Positions 1 through 9,614 of a DNA stretch of 64,000 nt are shown in pieces (position 1 is the first letter of the stretch; every line of letters starts with the position of its first letter). A program made the translations under genes and the position numbers. The stretch is from NCBI GenBank assembly GCA_035352635.1, contig DAOPYA010000004.1, positions 3,733 through 67,732 of the forward strand. Direction: 5' to 3'. The notes beneath the pieces are model-generated. The model ran no database searches, had not been told where the DNA came from, and saw only the letters and a program-made list of their open reading frames with translations. Source of the stretch: Candidatus Rifleibacterium sp. (GTDB lineage Bacteria; Muiribacteriota; Ozemobacteria; Ozemobacterales; Ozemobacteraceae).

Positions 1-230
1 ACGACCATGCTGCGTCTGGAATCAAGCTTCGGCCTTGCCTGGTTGCGTGTCAATGGCTCGGTATTGGGCGGAATGCGCAATGACAGAGTCACCTGTTTAT
101 CCTGGATTTCCTGAGGCACCGGTATGGTAATCGTCGAATCGGCTTTAACCGAAAAGGTGAAAACTCCGGCAAGCGCTACCATCATTCCAAACGGAACAAG
201 GGTTCGCAGGCCTGGCAGTAATTTAGTCAT
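1..230 (-). CDS. Partial CDS, N-terminal part of a secreted protein that continues beyond the window start
   Basis: Reverse-strand ATG near 230 preceded by a GGAGG-like Shine-Dalgarno (ccggaggtactacATG). The translation MTKLLPGLRTLVPFGMMVALAGVF... looks like a signal peptide. The reading frame stays open to position 1. Confidence 0.45.
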   Translation of the reverse strand, partial: MTKLLPGLRTLVPFGMMVALAGVFTFSVKADSTITIPVPQEIQDKQVTLSLRIPPNTEPLTRNQARPKLDSRRSMV

Positions 231-623
231 GTAGTACCTCCGGAATAAATTCATTTCAACGCCGCCTATCGGCAGACTTCACATAATTTTTAACCGCCCG
301 CAGCAGGCAGGTTGCAAAATTTATTATCGCCCAGTTTCAACTGCCTCGACTAAGGGCGCTACCACCGCCAAAACCGTGAATCTGAGAAACCTCGTATTGG
401 CATTTGCAAAAAAACTATTTACCCTGTATTTTTCGACGATCAATTGTTATTATGCCAGACAGGAGCATCGAGCATTTCTCACCGATTCGACGGCATCGAC
501 TGTCAGCGGGGTTGTTTTGAAATATTCAATTAGCTTTTATAAAGCAGCCAATAGCCCTGAAGATGCCATCGACAGCATCCGGCTGCAGACTTTACCGGTA
601 GCATTCCAACGCTCGCCCCTGAA

Positions 624-2246
624 ATGCATACAAGAACAGAAAGAAAAGTCATGAAAAATCCGCTTCAGGCTCTGGTTATAATCGCGGCAACCATGATCAG
701 CAGCTGGGCGTCATGGCAATACTGGTCTGGCGATGCCATCATTCATCTGGTGTATGCCGAAACCGGTGCTGCCGGCCGCTGGTTCGAATATAACCCTTGT
801 GAGATTTCCGTAGGCACCTCGAGTATTGGCTGGACCTATCTGATGAGCTGGCTGGTGCGTCTGCTTGGCCTGAAAATAGCTCTTTTGTCCCAGAAATTCA
901 TTCTGGTCGTCGCAGTTTTTTCACTGCCCCTGGTCATCTGGCAATTTTTCAGGCGGCATTGGCCAGATAAACCCGGCATTGCCATGCTCAGCGCCTTGAC
1001 AGCAGCGGCGAATCCGGGCACATCTTTCAACGCCCCCCTGGGCATGGAAAACGCCGTATTTGCCTGCCTGACCCTGTCTGCATTTTTCCATGTTTCGCCG
1101 GCAATTGCCACACGGAAAAGTCTGGCAAGCTCGATTGCCGGCGGCCTGCTTGTGGGTTGCGCTGTATTGTTGCGCCCCGAAGGCGTAATGGTTCTGGGCA
1201 TTGTCTCGCTCTCCCTGCTGATTTCGCTGTTTCATTTTGGGTGCGCACGGCAGGGAGTCATTCGTATTGCTGCTTATTATCTCATCGCACTGCTTATCAT
1301 CTTTTGCGGGTTCGGTTTTTTGTATCAGCAGACCGGGGTGTTCTTTGGCGGGGCTTCTGCCAACGCAAGAGTCATGCAGGCCCGCACCCATTCATGGCAG
1401 TTAATTCCGGGCCTGTTGTTTTTCGAGCCAAAGGTCTTTTTCAGAGCCATGGGCTATCTGCCCCTGAGTTTGTCGATAATAGCCCTGATTTTCTTTTCAT
1501 TGAGGCGAATTTTCAGGCCATCCTTCTCTTTCAGCGGCGCCTGCGAGTTTTTTGCAAAACGCATCGAAATATTTCAGGCAGCGTTGATGGTGGTGGCGGC
1601 ATTCGGTCTCTATGGCTTTGTAACCGGGGCAGCACACCTTGGCAGGTATCTCATTCCGATCATACCTTGTGCCGCGGCAACTTTTGGTTACTGCCTGTTG
1701 AAAATGAGCGAGATCAGTTCACCAGAACTCAACCGCCGGGTGATAAGTCTGGCATTATTGTGGATGATTTCGGTCTATTCTCTTGAGTTATACCTGCGTG
1801 CCCGAGACCCCGGGCAAAAACTTTCAATCAATCTCGACTGGATAACCGGTGCTGCCCAGCCAGAAAAACGCCAGAAGCGCACCGACGATTTGCTTTCCAG
1901 ATGCGGCATAAAAAATGCGTCACGTGCAAACCCGGCGCGAATCGCCTGTGTTGAAGTACAAAGCCGCTTCGAATTTGACGACCGGGTCAAGATTATCAGC
2001 ATGGATGGCCGGGTCTGGCCAATCAAGACCCCGATGCTGTTTGATGAACAGGGTTCAGTGCGCTGGCTTGATTTTATGGCGTTTTTCAAACCCGACCTGA
2101 TCATCGAACAACCTCAATATGTGCGAATTGACGTGCCTGACCTCATAACCGATCTCTTTGCCAAACCGAACGGCAGCGCAACATTGCTCACACCAGGGCT
2201 TTCAATCAGGCGGGTTCAGGAAGGCCTGAAAATCACTTACGAATAA
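624..2246 (+). CDS. Polytopic integral membrane protein, possibly a GT-C-type glycosyltransferase
   Basis: 540-aa ORF with about 12-14 predicted hydrophobic helices and a C-terminal soluble domain of about 150 aa. The more likely start is the ATG at about 651 (MKNPLQALVIIAATMISS). No diagnostic catalytic motif recognised. The function call is weak. Confidence 0.5.
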   Translation: MHTRTERKVMKNPLQALVIIAATMISSWASWQYWSGDAIIHLVYAETGAAGRWFEYNPCEISVGTSSIGWTYLMSWLVRLLGLKIALLSQKFILVVAVFSLPLVIWQFFRRHWPDKPGIAMLSALTAAANPGTSFNAPLGMENAVFACLTLSAFFHVSPAIATRKSLASSIAGGLLVGCAVLLRPEGVMVLGIVSLSLLISLFHFGCARQGVIRIAAYYLIALLIIFCGFGFLYQQTGVFFGGASANARVMQARTHSWQLIPGLLFFEPKVFFRAMGYLPLSLSIIALIFFSLRRIFRPSFSFSGACEFFAKRIEIFQAALMVVAAFGLYGFVTGAAHLGRYLIPIIPCAAATFGYCLLKMSEISSPELNRRVISLALLWMISVYSLELYLRARDPGQKLSINLDWITGAAQPEKRQKRTDDLLSRCGIKNASRANPARIACVEVQSRFEFDDRVKIISMDGRVWPIKTPMLFDEQGSVRWLDFMAFFKPDLIIEQPQYVRIDVPDLITDLFAKPNGSATLLTPGLSIRRVQEGLKITYE

Positions 2247-2280
2247 CCATGGAACTCTCACCAGACCTCCCCGGGCAATA

Positions 2281-2322
2281 AAAAAGCTCCGAACCGGCGC
2301 TCGATGAGCAGTTCGGAGCTTA
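2281..2322 (-). terminator. Rho-independent terminator for the minus-strand operon ending with the M24 peptidase gene
   Basis: 10-bp inverted repeat AGCTCCGAAC / GTTCGGAGCT with a 16-nt loop. On the minus strand it is followed by a run of six T (AAAAAA on the plus strand at 2281..2286). Confidence 0.5.
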
Positions 2323-2344
2323 TAAGCAACAGTTCAGTATTGCA

Positions 2345-3418
2345 TCAAACCTTAACTTCGAAAAGAGCGTTCGGGGTGCTGGTCAACTGCAGCAGACCCT
2401 TTTCTTTGACCAGAAAAACGTCTTCGATTCTGACGCCGCCCCATCCTGGCAGGTAAATGCCTGGCTCAACAGTAAAGGCAACGCCAGCCATGATTTTATC
2501 AGTGCATTTCTTCGACAGTGAAGGCGTTTCGTGAACTTCGAGACCAAGCGAATGGCCAAGACCGTGGCCGAAATTTTCGCCATAACCCGCATCGGTAATC
2601 ACCTTGCGGGCTACCGCATCGACACTTTTGCAGACCGCGCCGACCTTGATGGCCTTAATGGCCTTCTGCTGTGCTTCCAGGACAATTCCGTAGATTTTTT
2701 TGAATTTTTCAGTGGCTTTGCCAAGAAAAACCGTTCTGGTCATATCAGAGTGGTAACCCTCATAAACCGCGCCAAAATCTATCTTCAGCATGTCACCCTG
2801 CTTAAGTTTGCGTGAACCAGGCTGAGCGTGAGGGCACGACGAGTTCGGGCCAGAAGCAATGATTGTATCAAAGCTTGGCGCATGCGAACCGGCCATCTTC
2901 ATAAAAAATTCAAGGTGCGCCGCAACCTCGATTTCGGTCATGCCAGGCTTAACGATCTTCATCAACTTGGCAAATGCGTGGTCGGCAATCTCAAAAGCCT
3001 TTTTCAGTGATTTTATTTCTTCGGGTTCCTTGGTCTGTCTGAGTCTTTCAACAAGGCTTTCAGTGGGAAAAAGATCGAGTTTAAATTCTTCAGAAAACAG
3101 CAGGAACTGCCTGATATTAAGGCTTTTTTCGACGCCCAGAGCTGAGATGCGGGCTTTTTTGATATGTGCCTTCAGCGATTTAACGAGGTTGTTCTTGAAA
3201 ACGACAATCTCGGCAGTATCGCCAATTTCGGCTGCGCTCTGTTCCTGGTAACGAAAATCCGTAAAAAAGACTGCATCTTTTTTGGTTACCAGCAGGGTGC
3301 CACTTGAGCCTGAATAGCCGCAAAGATAACGGATATTGTGGAGATTGGTAATCAACAGCCCATTGTAATTTTCGGTAAAAAGTTCGCGCAGGGCGGCAAG
3401 GCGTTTTGAATAGTTCAT
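2345..3418 (-). CDS. M24 family Xaa-Pro aminopeptidase / dipeptidase
   Basis: 357 aa with a creatinase-like N-terminal domain. The C-terminal pita-bread metal-binding region carries HGLGHSLGLEVHE and EPGIY motifs typical of PepP/PepQ. Confidence 0.8.
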   Translation of the reverse strand: MNYSKRLAALRELFTENYNGLLITNLHNIRYLCGYSGSSGTLLVTKKDAVFFTDFRYQEQSAAEIGDTAEIVVFKNNLVKSLKAHIKKARISALGVEKSLNIRQFLLFSEEFKLDLFPTESLVERLRQTKEPEEIKSLKKAFEIADHAFAKLMKIVKPGMTEIEVAAHLEFFMKMAGSHAPSFDTIIASGPNSSCPHAQPGSRKLKQGDMLKIDFGAVYEGYHSDMTRTVFLGKATEKFKKIYGIVLEAQQKAIKAIKVGAVCKSVDAVARKVITDAGYGENFGHGLGHSLGLEVHETPSLSKKCTDKIMAGVAFTVEPGIYLPGWGGVRIEDVFLVKEKGLLQLTSTPNALFEVKV

Positions 3419-3430
3419 GCAGGTCTCCTT

Positions 3431-4753
3431 TTATGACGCTGAGGGAAAGGCGCGGCCAAGACTGCCAACTTTGACAGTGCGGCCCGAAAAGCGACTGTCA
3501 GCCAGAATGCCTGCGGCATCGGCATTTGGGGCAATCATGGTGATCGCCATTTTTCTTTCGTCGAGAATTTCACGGGCAACGAGTTTTATGTCTTCATCGT
3601 TAACTTTGAGGTACGGGGCCAGGGTATTCTCTGGCAACTGTGGCTCAACATTATACAAAAAGCCCGTAGAAAGACGATTCATGCGGTTCGTAGTACTTTC
3701 GAGAGCGATCAGCATGTTGCCTTTCAGCTGTTCACGGGTGTCTTCGAGTTCACGTGCCGTCAAGCCACGATTAGCCAGCTTTTCGAGTTCAGAATAAAAT
3801 AGTTCGAGCACATCTTTCAGGTTTTCCATTGATGTGCCGGCATAAACTCCGAACAGGCCGGTCTTTTTATAAGAAGTATGATATGAATAAACTGTATAAG
3901 CCAGGCCCCGTTTTTCGCGGATTTCCTGAAACAACCGACTGCTCATGCCGCCGCCAAAAGCGGCATTAAGAATAGTCAGAGCAAAACGGCGCCGGTCAGA
4001 AAACGAAACGCCTTCGGTGCCAAGAGTCAGATGCACCTGCTCGATATCTTTTTGAAAGACAGTTGCCGTGGTAGAAGCTTTAACGAGAGCTTCGCGGGGC
4101 TTGAATGTACCCCGGCGCAACGGTTTAAGTTTTTTTTCGACGAGCTTCTTCAGCTCGTCCCAGTCGAAATTACCGGCGACACAGATCAGCAGGTTCCCGG
4201 TCACATACTGGCGTTCAAAAACTTCGTGAATCTGATCACGCTTCATACCCGCAACCGATGCGGCTGTGCCGAGTATCGGGTTGCCGAGTCGGGAATGTTG
4301 CCAGATGTTCTGGCCAAGCAGCTCGTGAATGATTTCATCTGGGGAATCTTCGTACATCTTGATTTCTTCAAGAATGACACGACGTTCGCGCTCGAGTTCT
4401 TCGGCATCGAATTGTGAATTGATAACCATGTCAGAGAGCACGTCGACAGCGGTATCAATACGGTCTTTGACGACCCGGGCGTAGTAACAGCAGTAGTCTT
4501 TGGCGGTAAAAGCGTTCAAATAGCCGCCAATGCGGTCAAACTCGCTGGCTATCATGCGCGGCGACCGCTTTTTTGTGCCTTTGAACATCATGTGTTCAAT
4601 AAAATGAGAAACCCCCATGAGTTCGGGCTTCTCATGAAGCACACCGCTTTTAAGAAACATGCCAATTGAAACGCTTTGCACGGTATCAAAGCGTTCGGCA
4701 ATGATTTCGACACCGTTATCGAGAGTCAGCTTTAAATAGGGCGAAGCTTGCAA
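3431..4753 (-). CDS. M16 family zinc peptidase (insulinase/pitrilysin-like), predicted active
   Basis: 440 aa with the inverted zinc motif HFIEHMMFKGT (HxxEH) near the N-terminus. Confidence 0.8.
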   Translation of the reverse strand: MQASPYLKLTLDNGVEIIAERFDTVQSVSIGMFLKSGVLHEKPELMGVSHFIEHMMFKGTKKRSPRMIASEFDRIGGYLNAFTAKDYCCYYARVVKDRIDTAVDVLSDMVINSQFDAEELERERRVILEEIKMYEDSPDEIIHELLGQNIWQHSRLGNPILGTAASVAGMKRDQIHEVFERQYVTGNLLICVAGNFDWDELKKLVEKKLKPLRRGTFKPREALVKASTTATVFQKDIEQVHLTLGTEGVSFSDRRRFALTILNAAFGGGMSSRLFQEIREKRGLAYTVYSYHTSYKKTGLFGVYAGTSMENLKDVLELFYSELEKLANRGLTARELEDTREQLKGNMLIALESTTNRMNRLSTGFLYNVEPQLPENTLAPYLKVNDEDIKLVAREILDERKMAITMIAPNADAAGILADSRFSGRTVKVGSLGRAFPSAS

Positions 4754-4754
4754 A

Positions 4755-5564
4755 CTAGTTCTCCGGGGTCTGAGTTGGAACAGAATCAGCGCTGTTATCT
4801 TCTATCGGCACAAGTCCCTGACTGTCGTTGAATTCTTTTTCGCTGGCCTTCTGATCGCGCACCGCATCAGGGCGCTGGCCTTCAGGAGTCAGCTGATCCG
4901 GAATATCAACCGATGGAACCGGCAGTTCCTTTAGGTTTTTCATGCCGAAGTAGTAAAGAAAATCTTGAGTGGTGGAATAGAGACGCGGGCGGCCGAGTAC
5001 CGGCTTTTCACCTGAGACATAAATAAGTTTCTTCTCGAGAAGATTGCCAATAACCCCATCGCAGCTTACGCCACGAATGGCATCGACCTCGGCTCTGGTG
5101 ATCGGCTGTTTAAAAGCAATTACCGCGAGAGTTTCGAGGGCCGGCAGCGAGAGCGAGACCAGCTTTTGCCCATCAAGACGCTGAATAAAAGCCGAAATAC
5201 GAGCCTTGGTTGCCAGCTGAACGCCAGTTTCGAGCACGGCGATCTGCAAGCCACTCGTTTCATCAGCTTCATAAGCTTTCCGGCGTGCCTGCACTACCTC
5301 GGTAACACGCTCCGGGCTTATGGAAAGCACCGTCGCCAGTTTGTCGATACTGATCGGCTTGTTCTGCACGAGCAACAGGCCGTCAAGAGCCGCACAAAGA
5401 AGGTCAAAGTCTGGTTCTGGCAAAGACGGGGTCGTTTCCCCGTTATGTTCGCCATGGTCAGGGTCGCCACTGGCGAGTGTTTCGCCCGCATCGTTATCGT
5501 TGCTTTCGATGTTTTCGATGTTTTCAATATTTTCTGTGTTTTCTGTGTTTTCTGTGTTTTCCAT
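4755..5564 (-). CDS. scpB: Segregation and condensation protein B (ScpB) with low-complexity extensions
   Basis: The core resembles ScpB winged-helix repeats (LLLVQNKPISIDKLATVL ... VSGEKPVLGRPRLYSTTQDFLYYFG). The N-terminus is an (ENT)3(ENI)3 repeat tail. The stop lies adjacent to the M16 gene start. Confidence 0.8.
   Translation of the reverse strand: MENTENTENTENIENIENIESNDNDAGETLASGDPDHGEHNGETTPSLPEPDFDLLCAALDGLLLVQNKPISIDKLATVLSISPERVTEVVQARRKAYEADETSGLQIAVLETGVQLATKARISAFIQRLDGQKLVSLSLPALETLAVIAFKQPITRAEVDAIRGVSCDGVIGNLLEKKLIYVSGEKPVLGRPRLYSTTQDFLYYFGMKNLKELPVPSVDIPDQLTPEGQRPDAVRDQKASEKEFNDSQGLVPIEDNSADSVPTQTPEN
5502..5564 (-). repeat. Seven tandem 9-nt units (GTTTTCNNT on the plus strand) at the 5' end of scpB
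   Basis: gctttcgat gttttcgat gttttcaat attttctgt gttttctgt gttttctgt gttttccat encode MENTENTENTENIENIENIES on the minus strand. Confidence 0.8.
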
Positions 5565-5566
5565 GA

Positions 5567-6436
5567 TTACTCCTGGGTTTCTTCGGCCTGCTGCCCGGCA
5601 TCTTCTTCGAGAATCTCGCCAGCGTTGCTGAACTCCTGGGGTTTATCGGCTTCGGATTCGGATTCGGCCGGGGCAATCTCAGGAGCAGGTTTACCATTGC
5701 TGCCATGTCGCAGCAGGATCGGAGCAAAATTTTCTTTCTGTGAAAATGCCAGTTCGCCGGTACGGGCCATTTCGAGAACCGCCATGAACGACAGTACAGT
5801 TTCGTAGCGGCTGTTGATGTCTTTAAGGAGTTTGATGAAAGTAATCGAGCCTTTGAATTTCTTCAAGATGGCCCGGATTTCACTGATACGCTCAAGAATG
5901 CTGATTTTTTCGAGCACCACCCGATGAATGGGCGGGCTGATACGGCGTCGCACCAGAGCGTGATAAATATTCAACAGTTCGACAGGGCCAATATTAATTT
6001 CGAGTATCTCTTCAGGTTGCCGCTCAAGATCGGCAGAACGGGTATAAATGCGCGACGCGTGGCGTTCCATTTCGCGAAGTTCAAGGGCAACCAGCTTGAA
6101 ACGCCTGTATTCGAGCAGTTGTTCGACAAGGCCGGCGCGAGCGTCTTCTTCATACATGCTTTCGTCGATGTCTTCATCGCCGCTCAGCATTTCTTCGGGT
6201 TTTTCTTTCGGCAGCAGCATCCTCGACTTGATTTCAAGAAGGGTGGCAGCCATGATGAGGAACCCTGAGGCCACTTCCATGTCGAGAATTTCCATCATCT
6301 GCAGGTATTCAAGATATTGGCTGGCAATATGGGCAATCGGAATATCGTAAATATTGACCTTCTGCTCTTCAATAAGATGATAGAGCAGGTCGAATGGGCC
6401 TTCAAAAACCGGCAGTTTAACCTGATAGACGCTCAT
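5567..6436 (-). CDS. scpA: Segregation and condensation protein A (ScpA) with an acidic C-terminal tail
   Basis: N-terminus MSVYQVKLPVFEGPFDLLYHLIEEQKVNIYDIPIAHIASQYLEYL is the classic ScpA kleisin N-terminus. The stop lies 3 nt upstream of scpB. The start overlaps the trpS stop. Confidence 0.85.
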   Translation of the reverse strand: MSVYQVKLPVFEGPFDLLYHLIEEQKVNIYDIPIAHIASQYLEYLQMMEILDMEVASGFLIMAATLLEIKSRMLLPKEKPEEMLSGDEDIDESMYEEDARAGLVEQLLEYRRFKLVALELREMERHASRIYTRSADLERQPEEILEINIGPVELLNIYHALVRRRISPPIHRVVLEKISILERISEIRAILKKFKGSITFIKLLKDINSRYETVLSFMAVLEMARTGELAFSQKENFAPILLRHGSNGKPAPEIAPAESESEADKPQEFSNAGEILEEDAGQQAEETQE

Positions 6437-7419
6437 TAATAGATGAATCCCATGGCCTTTCTGACTTTTTGCATTGTCTCATGGGCGACGGCATGGGCAC
6501 GTTTTTCGCCGGCGGCCAGCACCTCGGCGACATAGCCCGGCCGGGCTTCGAATTCAGCGCGTCGGCAGCGAATCGGCTCAAGCATATTGTTAAGGCGTTC
6601 GAAAAGGATATTTTTGCAGTCACGACAGCCAATACCGGCACTACGACAGCCGGCGGCGATTTCTTCGAGGCGGTCGGCAGTGTAAATCTTGTGATAAGCG
6701 TAGACCGCGCAGACCTCGGGGTCGCCGGGGTCATTACGTCGCACCCGCTGTGGGTCGGTAATCATCTGCTGAATTTTATCTTTGAGGCTGGCAGGGGTCT
6801 CGCGCAGTTCAATGCTGTTGTTGTAAGACTTGCTCATCTTGCGCTTGTCAATGCCAAGCAGCAACGGCACATCTGAGAGTACGGCTTCGGGTTCAACAAG
6901 GATATCACCAACGTTGCCGTTGAAGCGTCTGACAATCTCGCGACTCAATTCGAGATGCGGCAACTGGTCGCGGCCTACCGGAACGGCTTCTGCACCGTAA
7001 ACAACAATATCAGAAGTCATCAGAACCGGGTACATCAGCTTGCCAAGCGAAACCTTTGATCTGGCTTCTTCATCACGGACATCATCTTTGAAAGTTGGAC
7101 AGCGTTCAAGCCAGCCAAGAGGGGTAAAATTGGCGAGAATAGCATTAAGTTCAGCATGCTCATACATCGACGACTGCCGCATGATGACTGATTTTTCAGG
7201 GTCTATGCCGACACTGAGCCAGTCGATAACCATATCATCAATAACCTTCGGCAGGTCATCAATCTTGAGACGGTCGGTGAACGCGTGCCAGACCGCGGCA
7301 AAATAAAAGCATTCATAGCGGTCCTGAAGAGAGACCCAGTTTTTGAGAGTACCCTCAAGGTGCCCAAGATGCAGCGAACCAGTTGTTCTCATGCCGCTGA
7401 CCAGTCTTTTTTTTGCCAT
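6436..7419 (-). CDS. trpS: Tryptophan--tRNA ligase
   Basis: Class I aaRS motifs: the HIGH-like GSLHLGH and KMSKS are both present. The size (327 aa) fits TrpS. Confidence 0.9.
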   Translation of the reverse strand: MAKKRLVSGMRTTGSLHLGHLEGTLKNWVSLQDRYECFYFAAVWHAFTDRLKIDDLPKVIDDMVIDWLSVGIDPEKSVIMRQSSMYEHAELNAILANFTPLGWLERCPTFKDDVRDEEARSKVSLGKLMYPVLMTSDIVVYGAEAVPVGRDQLPHLELSREIVRRFNGNVGDILVEPEAVLSDVPLLLGIDKRKMSKSYNNSIELRETPASLKDKIQQMITDPQRVRRNDPGDPEVCAVYAYHKIYTADRLEEIAAGCRSAGIGCRDCKNILFERLNNMLEPIRCRRAEFEARPGYVAEVLAAGEKRAHAVAHETMQKVRKAMGFIY

Positions 7420-7449
7420 TTTCTTCTCCTGTTGTGTAACTGCCTGCTG

Positions 7450-8610
7450 TTAGTATTCAGTGGCCTTCAGTGCTTCTTCGGCGGCCTGAAGCGTATCTGA
7501 AGCGGGTTTCAGCAATCTGACTCTTTCCCAGCATTCACGGGCCTTGTCGAGCTTCTTCAGCTTGAAATACCCGACGCCGAGGTTGAATTGCGCTTCGGCG
7601 TAGTCAGGATCAATCGTTACTGCTTTTTCCCAGTGTTCGACGGCTTTTTCAAGCTCGTTTTTCTTGTCATAGAGGTTGCCCATGGTAAACCAGGCATTCT
7701 GATCGTCAATACCGGCACTCAAAAGTGGAGCCAGCAGTTGTTCGCTTTCGGTCAGACGGTTCTCGTAATAATAGGCGCGGGCCAGCAACAGCTTTTGCGA
7801 GTTTTCAAGGCGGTTTGTGCTCATAAAAGGCTCGAGAACAGCAATCGCCAGCGGGTAGAACCCTTGGCTGACCGCCATTTTTGCCACAGCAAAGGCTTCA
7901 TTGTGAGTGGTGATGTTAGCAGGGTTGATACGCTGAAGATAAGCTGCGGCGCTTTCGCGGTTGTAGTTCGCATCTTCAATGCTTGCCATCTGCATCAGCA
8001 GACGGGTATTTTCGGGGTCACGGTCGCAGGCGGGGCGCACAATCTTTTCGGCACTTGAAAACCTGCCGGCATCAATAAGCGCCTGGCCGGCTACGATTGC
8101 CTCATCGGTGTTCAGCTGACTTTCCTGGGCTTTTTGAAAGAGTTTTTCGAGTTCAGGGTCACAGATGATGCCGACTGATGAATCTTCAAGTTTAAAAATC
8201 AGAACCGGGGTCACCTTCTGCTCGCTGTCGATCTTAAAATAGAGGTCGATTCTAGACTGGGTCGAAGGAAAAACATTAAAAGGAACTTTAGCGGCTCTGC
8301 CTTCCTGGTCGAGGGTGGCGGGGAAACTGTTAAGCAGTTCAAGTTCAAAATCTTTTAAAGGATCAATATTGAAGGTTTTAACCCCGGTGTTCACCATGGT
8401 CAGATTGATAAAAACTTCGTCCTGACGCGACTGGCCGCCAAGCCCGGATTGAAAGGGCTGGCGCTTGCATTCATTGACTGTCAGCACAAACCCCGAAGGG
8501 TGCAAAACATCCTCGCCCATGAAAAAATTACTGACCGGCACGCCGGCATGGGCGCCCACACAAAGAACAAGCAAAGTAGTGAGCAAAAACAGGAGTTTGA
8601 GGCAACGCAT
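7450..8610 (-). CDS. Secreted TPR-repeat protein
   Basis: Signal peptide MRCLKLLFLLTTLLVLCVGAHA. The C-terminal half contains several TPR-like repeats (AWFTMGNLYDKKNELEKAVEHWEKAVTIDPDYAEAQFNLGVGYF). Confidence 0.7.
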   Translation of the reverse strand: MRCLKLLFLLTTLLVLCVGAHAGVPVSNFFMGEDVLHPSGFVLTVNECKRQPFQSGLGGQSRQDEVFINLTMVNTGVKTFNIDPLKDFELELLNSFPATLDQEGRAAKVPFNVFPSTQSRIDLYFKIDSEQKVTPVLIFKLEDSSVGIICDPELEKLFQKAQESQLNTDEAIVAGQALIDAGRFSSAEKIVRPACDRDPENTRLLMQMASIEDANYNRESAAAYLQRINPANITTHNEAFAVAKMAVSQGFYPLAIAVLEPFMSTNRLENSQKLLLARAYYYENRLTESEQLLAPLLSAGIDDQNAWFTMGNLYDKKNELEKAVEHWEKAVTIDPDYAEAQFNLGVGYFKLKKLDKARECWERVRLLKPASDTLQAAEEALKATEY

Positions 8611-8674
8611 AATTTGACTATTTTATCACAACGCCAGGCGCATTTAAAACAGCAGTTTTGAAAATTTAAAGCTT

Positions 8675-9613
8675 TCAGTTGTGAAACATCAGCAGATAGT
8701 CATAAGCGTCACAGGTGCGATCAACGGCCTTGTATGTCAGGCGCGAACTTTTGTAGGCCGCTGAAAAAGCCTGACGCATCGGCCCGATCAGTTCCTGCTC
8801 GTAAATCTTCGGGGGCAGATCACGGCCTGACCATGTTAAGGCGGCACTGTCAGCCCCCGCAGCCAGTCTGACAAACAGCGACCAGTCTGAAGATTTTTCA
8901 AAGCTGATCAGGTAGTGGCGCAAAATATTGCGAAGGTCGCGTCGGCTTTGTTCAAGATCGGCGTAACCATGAAACCATGCGTGATAAATGATTTGCAGTT
9001 CGGTTTCGCTGTTTTCTTCGTCTTCAAAAAGCAACGGGAAAACAATCAGCGGGTTCTTGCCGGCGGCCAGTTCTTCAAGCGGGATGCAGGAAATCTCGAC
9101 CCGCCCCGAGCGACCACGCACAAAACGCTGGTGCTGATTCAGGTAATAAGCCATTATCTGGTCAGGCTCGTAGATGATTCTGGTACCAGCCTTCTGATTT
9201 GCAACCCAATAGGAAATTATCTGATACACCACCGACCAGAAAATTTCGCGCTGCTTCTCATCTTCGATTTCATAGGCTGCTTCGCGCCAGTAAAAGAGAT
9301 AATCAAGCTGCTGGCTGCCAAAAAATCTGTCTTTCCAGGTGCGGAAAGGGTTTAGGTCGAGCTCAAGGGGCTTTTTGATCACCTGATTGAATTTCTGCAA
9401 GTTTCGTTCACCGAAACCGCCGTCACGGCAGTTAATCCAGGCTCTGGCCAGCATCGCCTGACTGTCCACCGGCGAATTCAGATAAAGGGTGATTTCTTTG
9501 CGACTCAGCCAGTTTAATGCCGAAAATCGGTGAAAATATGGGAAAAAGAGGGAATCGACACCGGCGTGTTCGGCGGCGGCTTCGAGCAGCCATGACGATT
9601 GCAGTCGCAGCAT
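8675..9613 (-). CDS. Hypothetical protein (312 aa, no recognised domain)
   Basis: A complete ORF tightly packed between the HD-GYP gene and the TPR gene (2-nt and 64-nt gaps), consistent with co-transcription. No motif recognised. Confidence 0.55.
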   Translation of the reverse strand: MLRLQSSWLLEAAAEHAGVDSLFFPYFHRFSALNWLSRKEITLYLNSPVDSQAMLARAWINCRDGGFGERNLQKFNQVIKKPLELDLNPFRTWKDRFFGSQQLDYLFYWREAAYEIEDEKQREIFWSVVYQIISYWVANQKAGTRIIYEPDQIMAYYLNQHQRFVRGRSGRVEISCIPLEELAAGKNPLIVFPLLFEDEENSETELQIIYHAWFHGYADLEQSRRDLRNILRHYLISFEKSSDWSLFVRLAAGADSAALTWSGRDLPPKIYEQELIGPMRQAFSAAYKSSRLTYKAVDRTCDAYDYLLMFHN

Positions 9614-9614
9614 T

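Noticed and set aside
376-654. 92-aa ORF upstream of the membrane protein gene
   Set aside because: It lies in the probable promoter/leader region between divergent genes. The sequence is low-complexity with no Shine-Dalgarno or motif. It overlaps the more plausible start region of the 624/651 gene. Treated as spurious.
836-2104. Several antisense or alternative-frame ORFs (836..1201 -, 921..1391 -, 1157..1786 +, 1775..2104 -) inside the membrane protein gene
   Set aside because: These are shadow ORFs of a GC-biased coding region. The translations are Arg/Gly/Cys-rich nonsense. The sense frame encodes a coherent polytopic protein.
5502-5564. Possibility that the 9-nt tandem repeats are a CRISPR or other non-coding repeat array
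   Set aside because: The units are 9 nt with no spacers and lie in frame at the 5' end of scpB, encoding ENT/ENI triplets. No cas genes. There is no CRISPR-like repeat-spacer architecture anywhere in the window.
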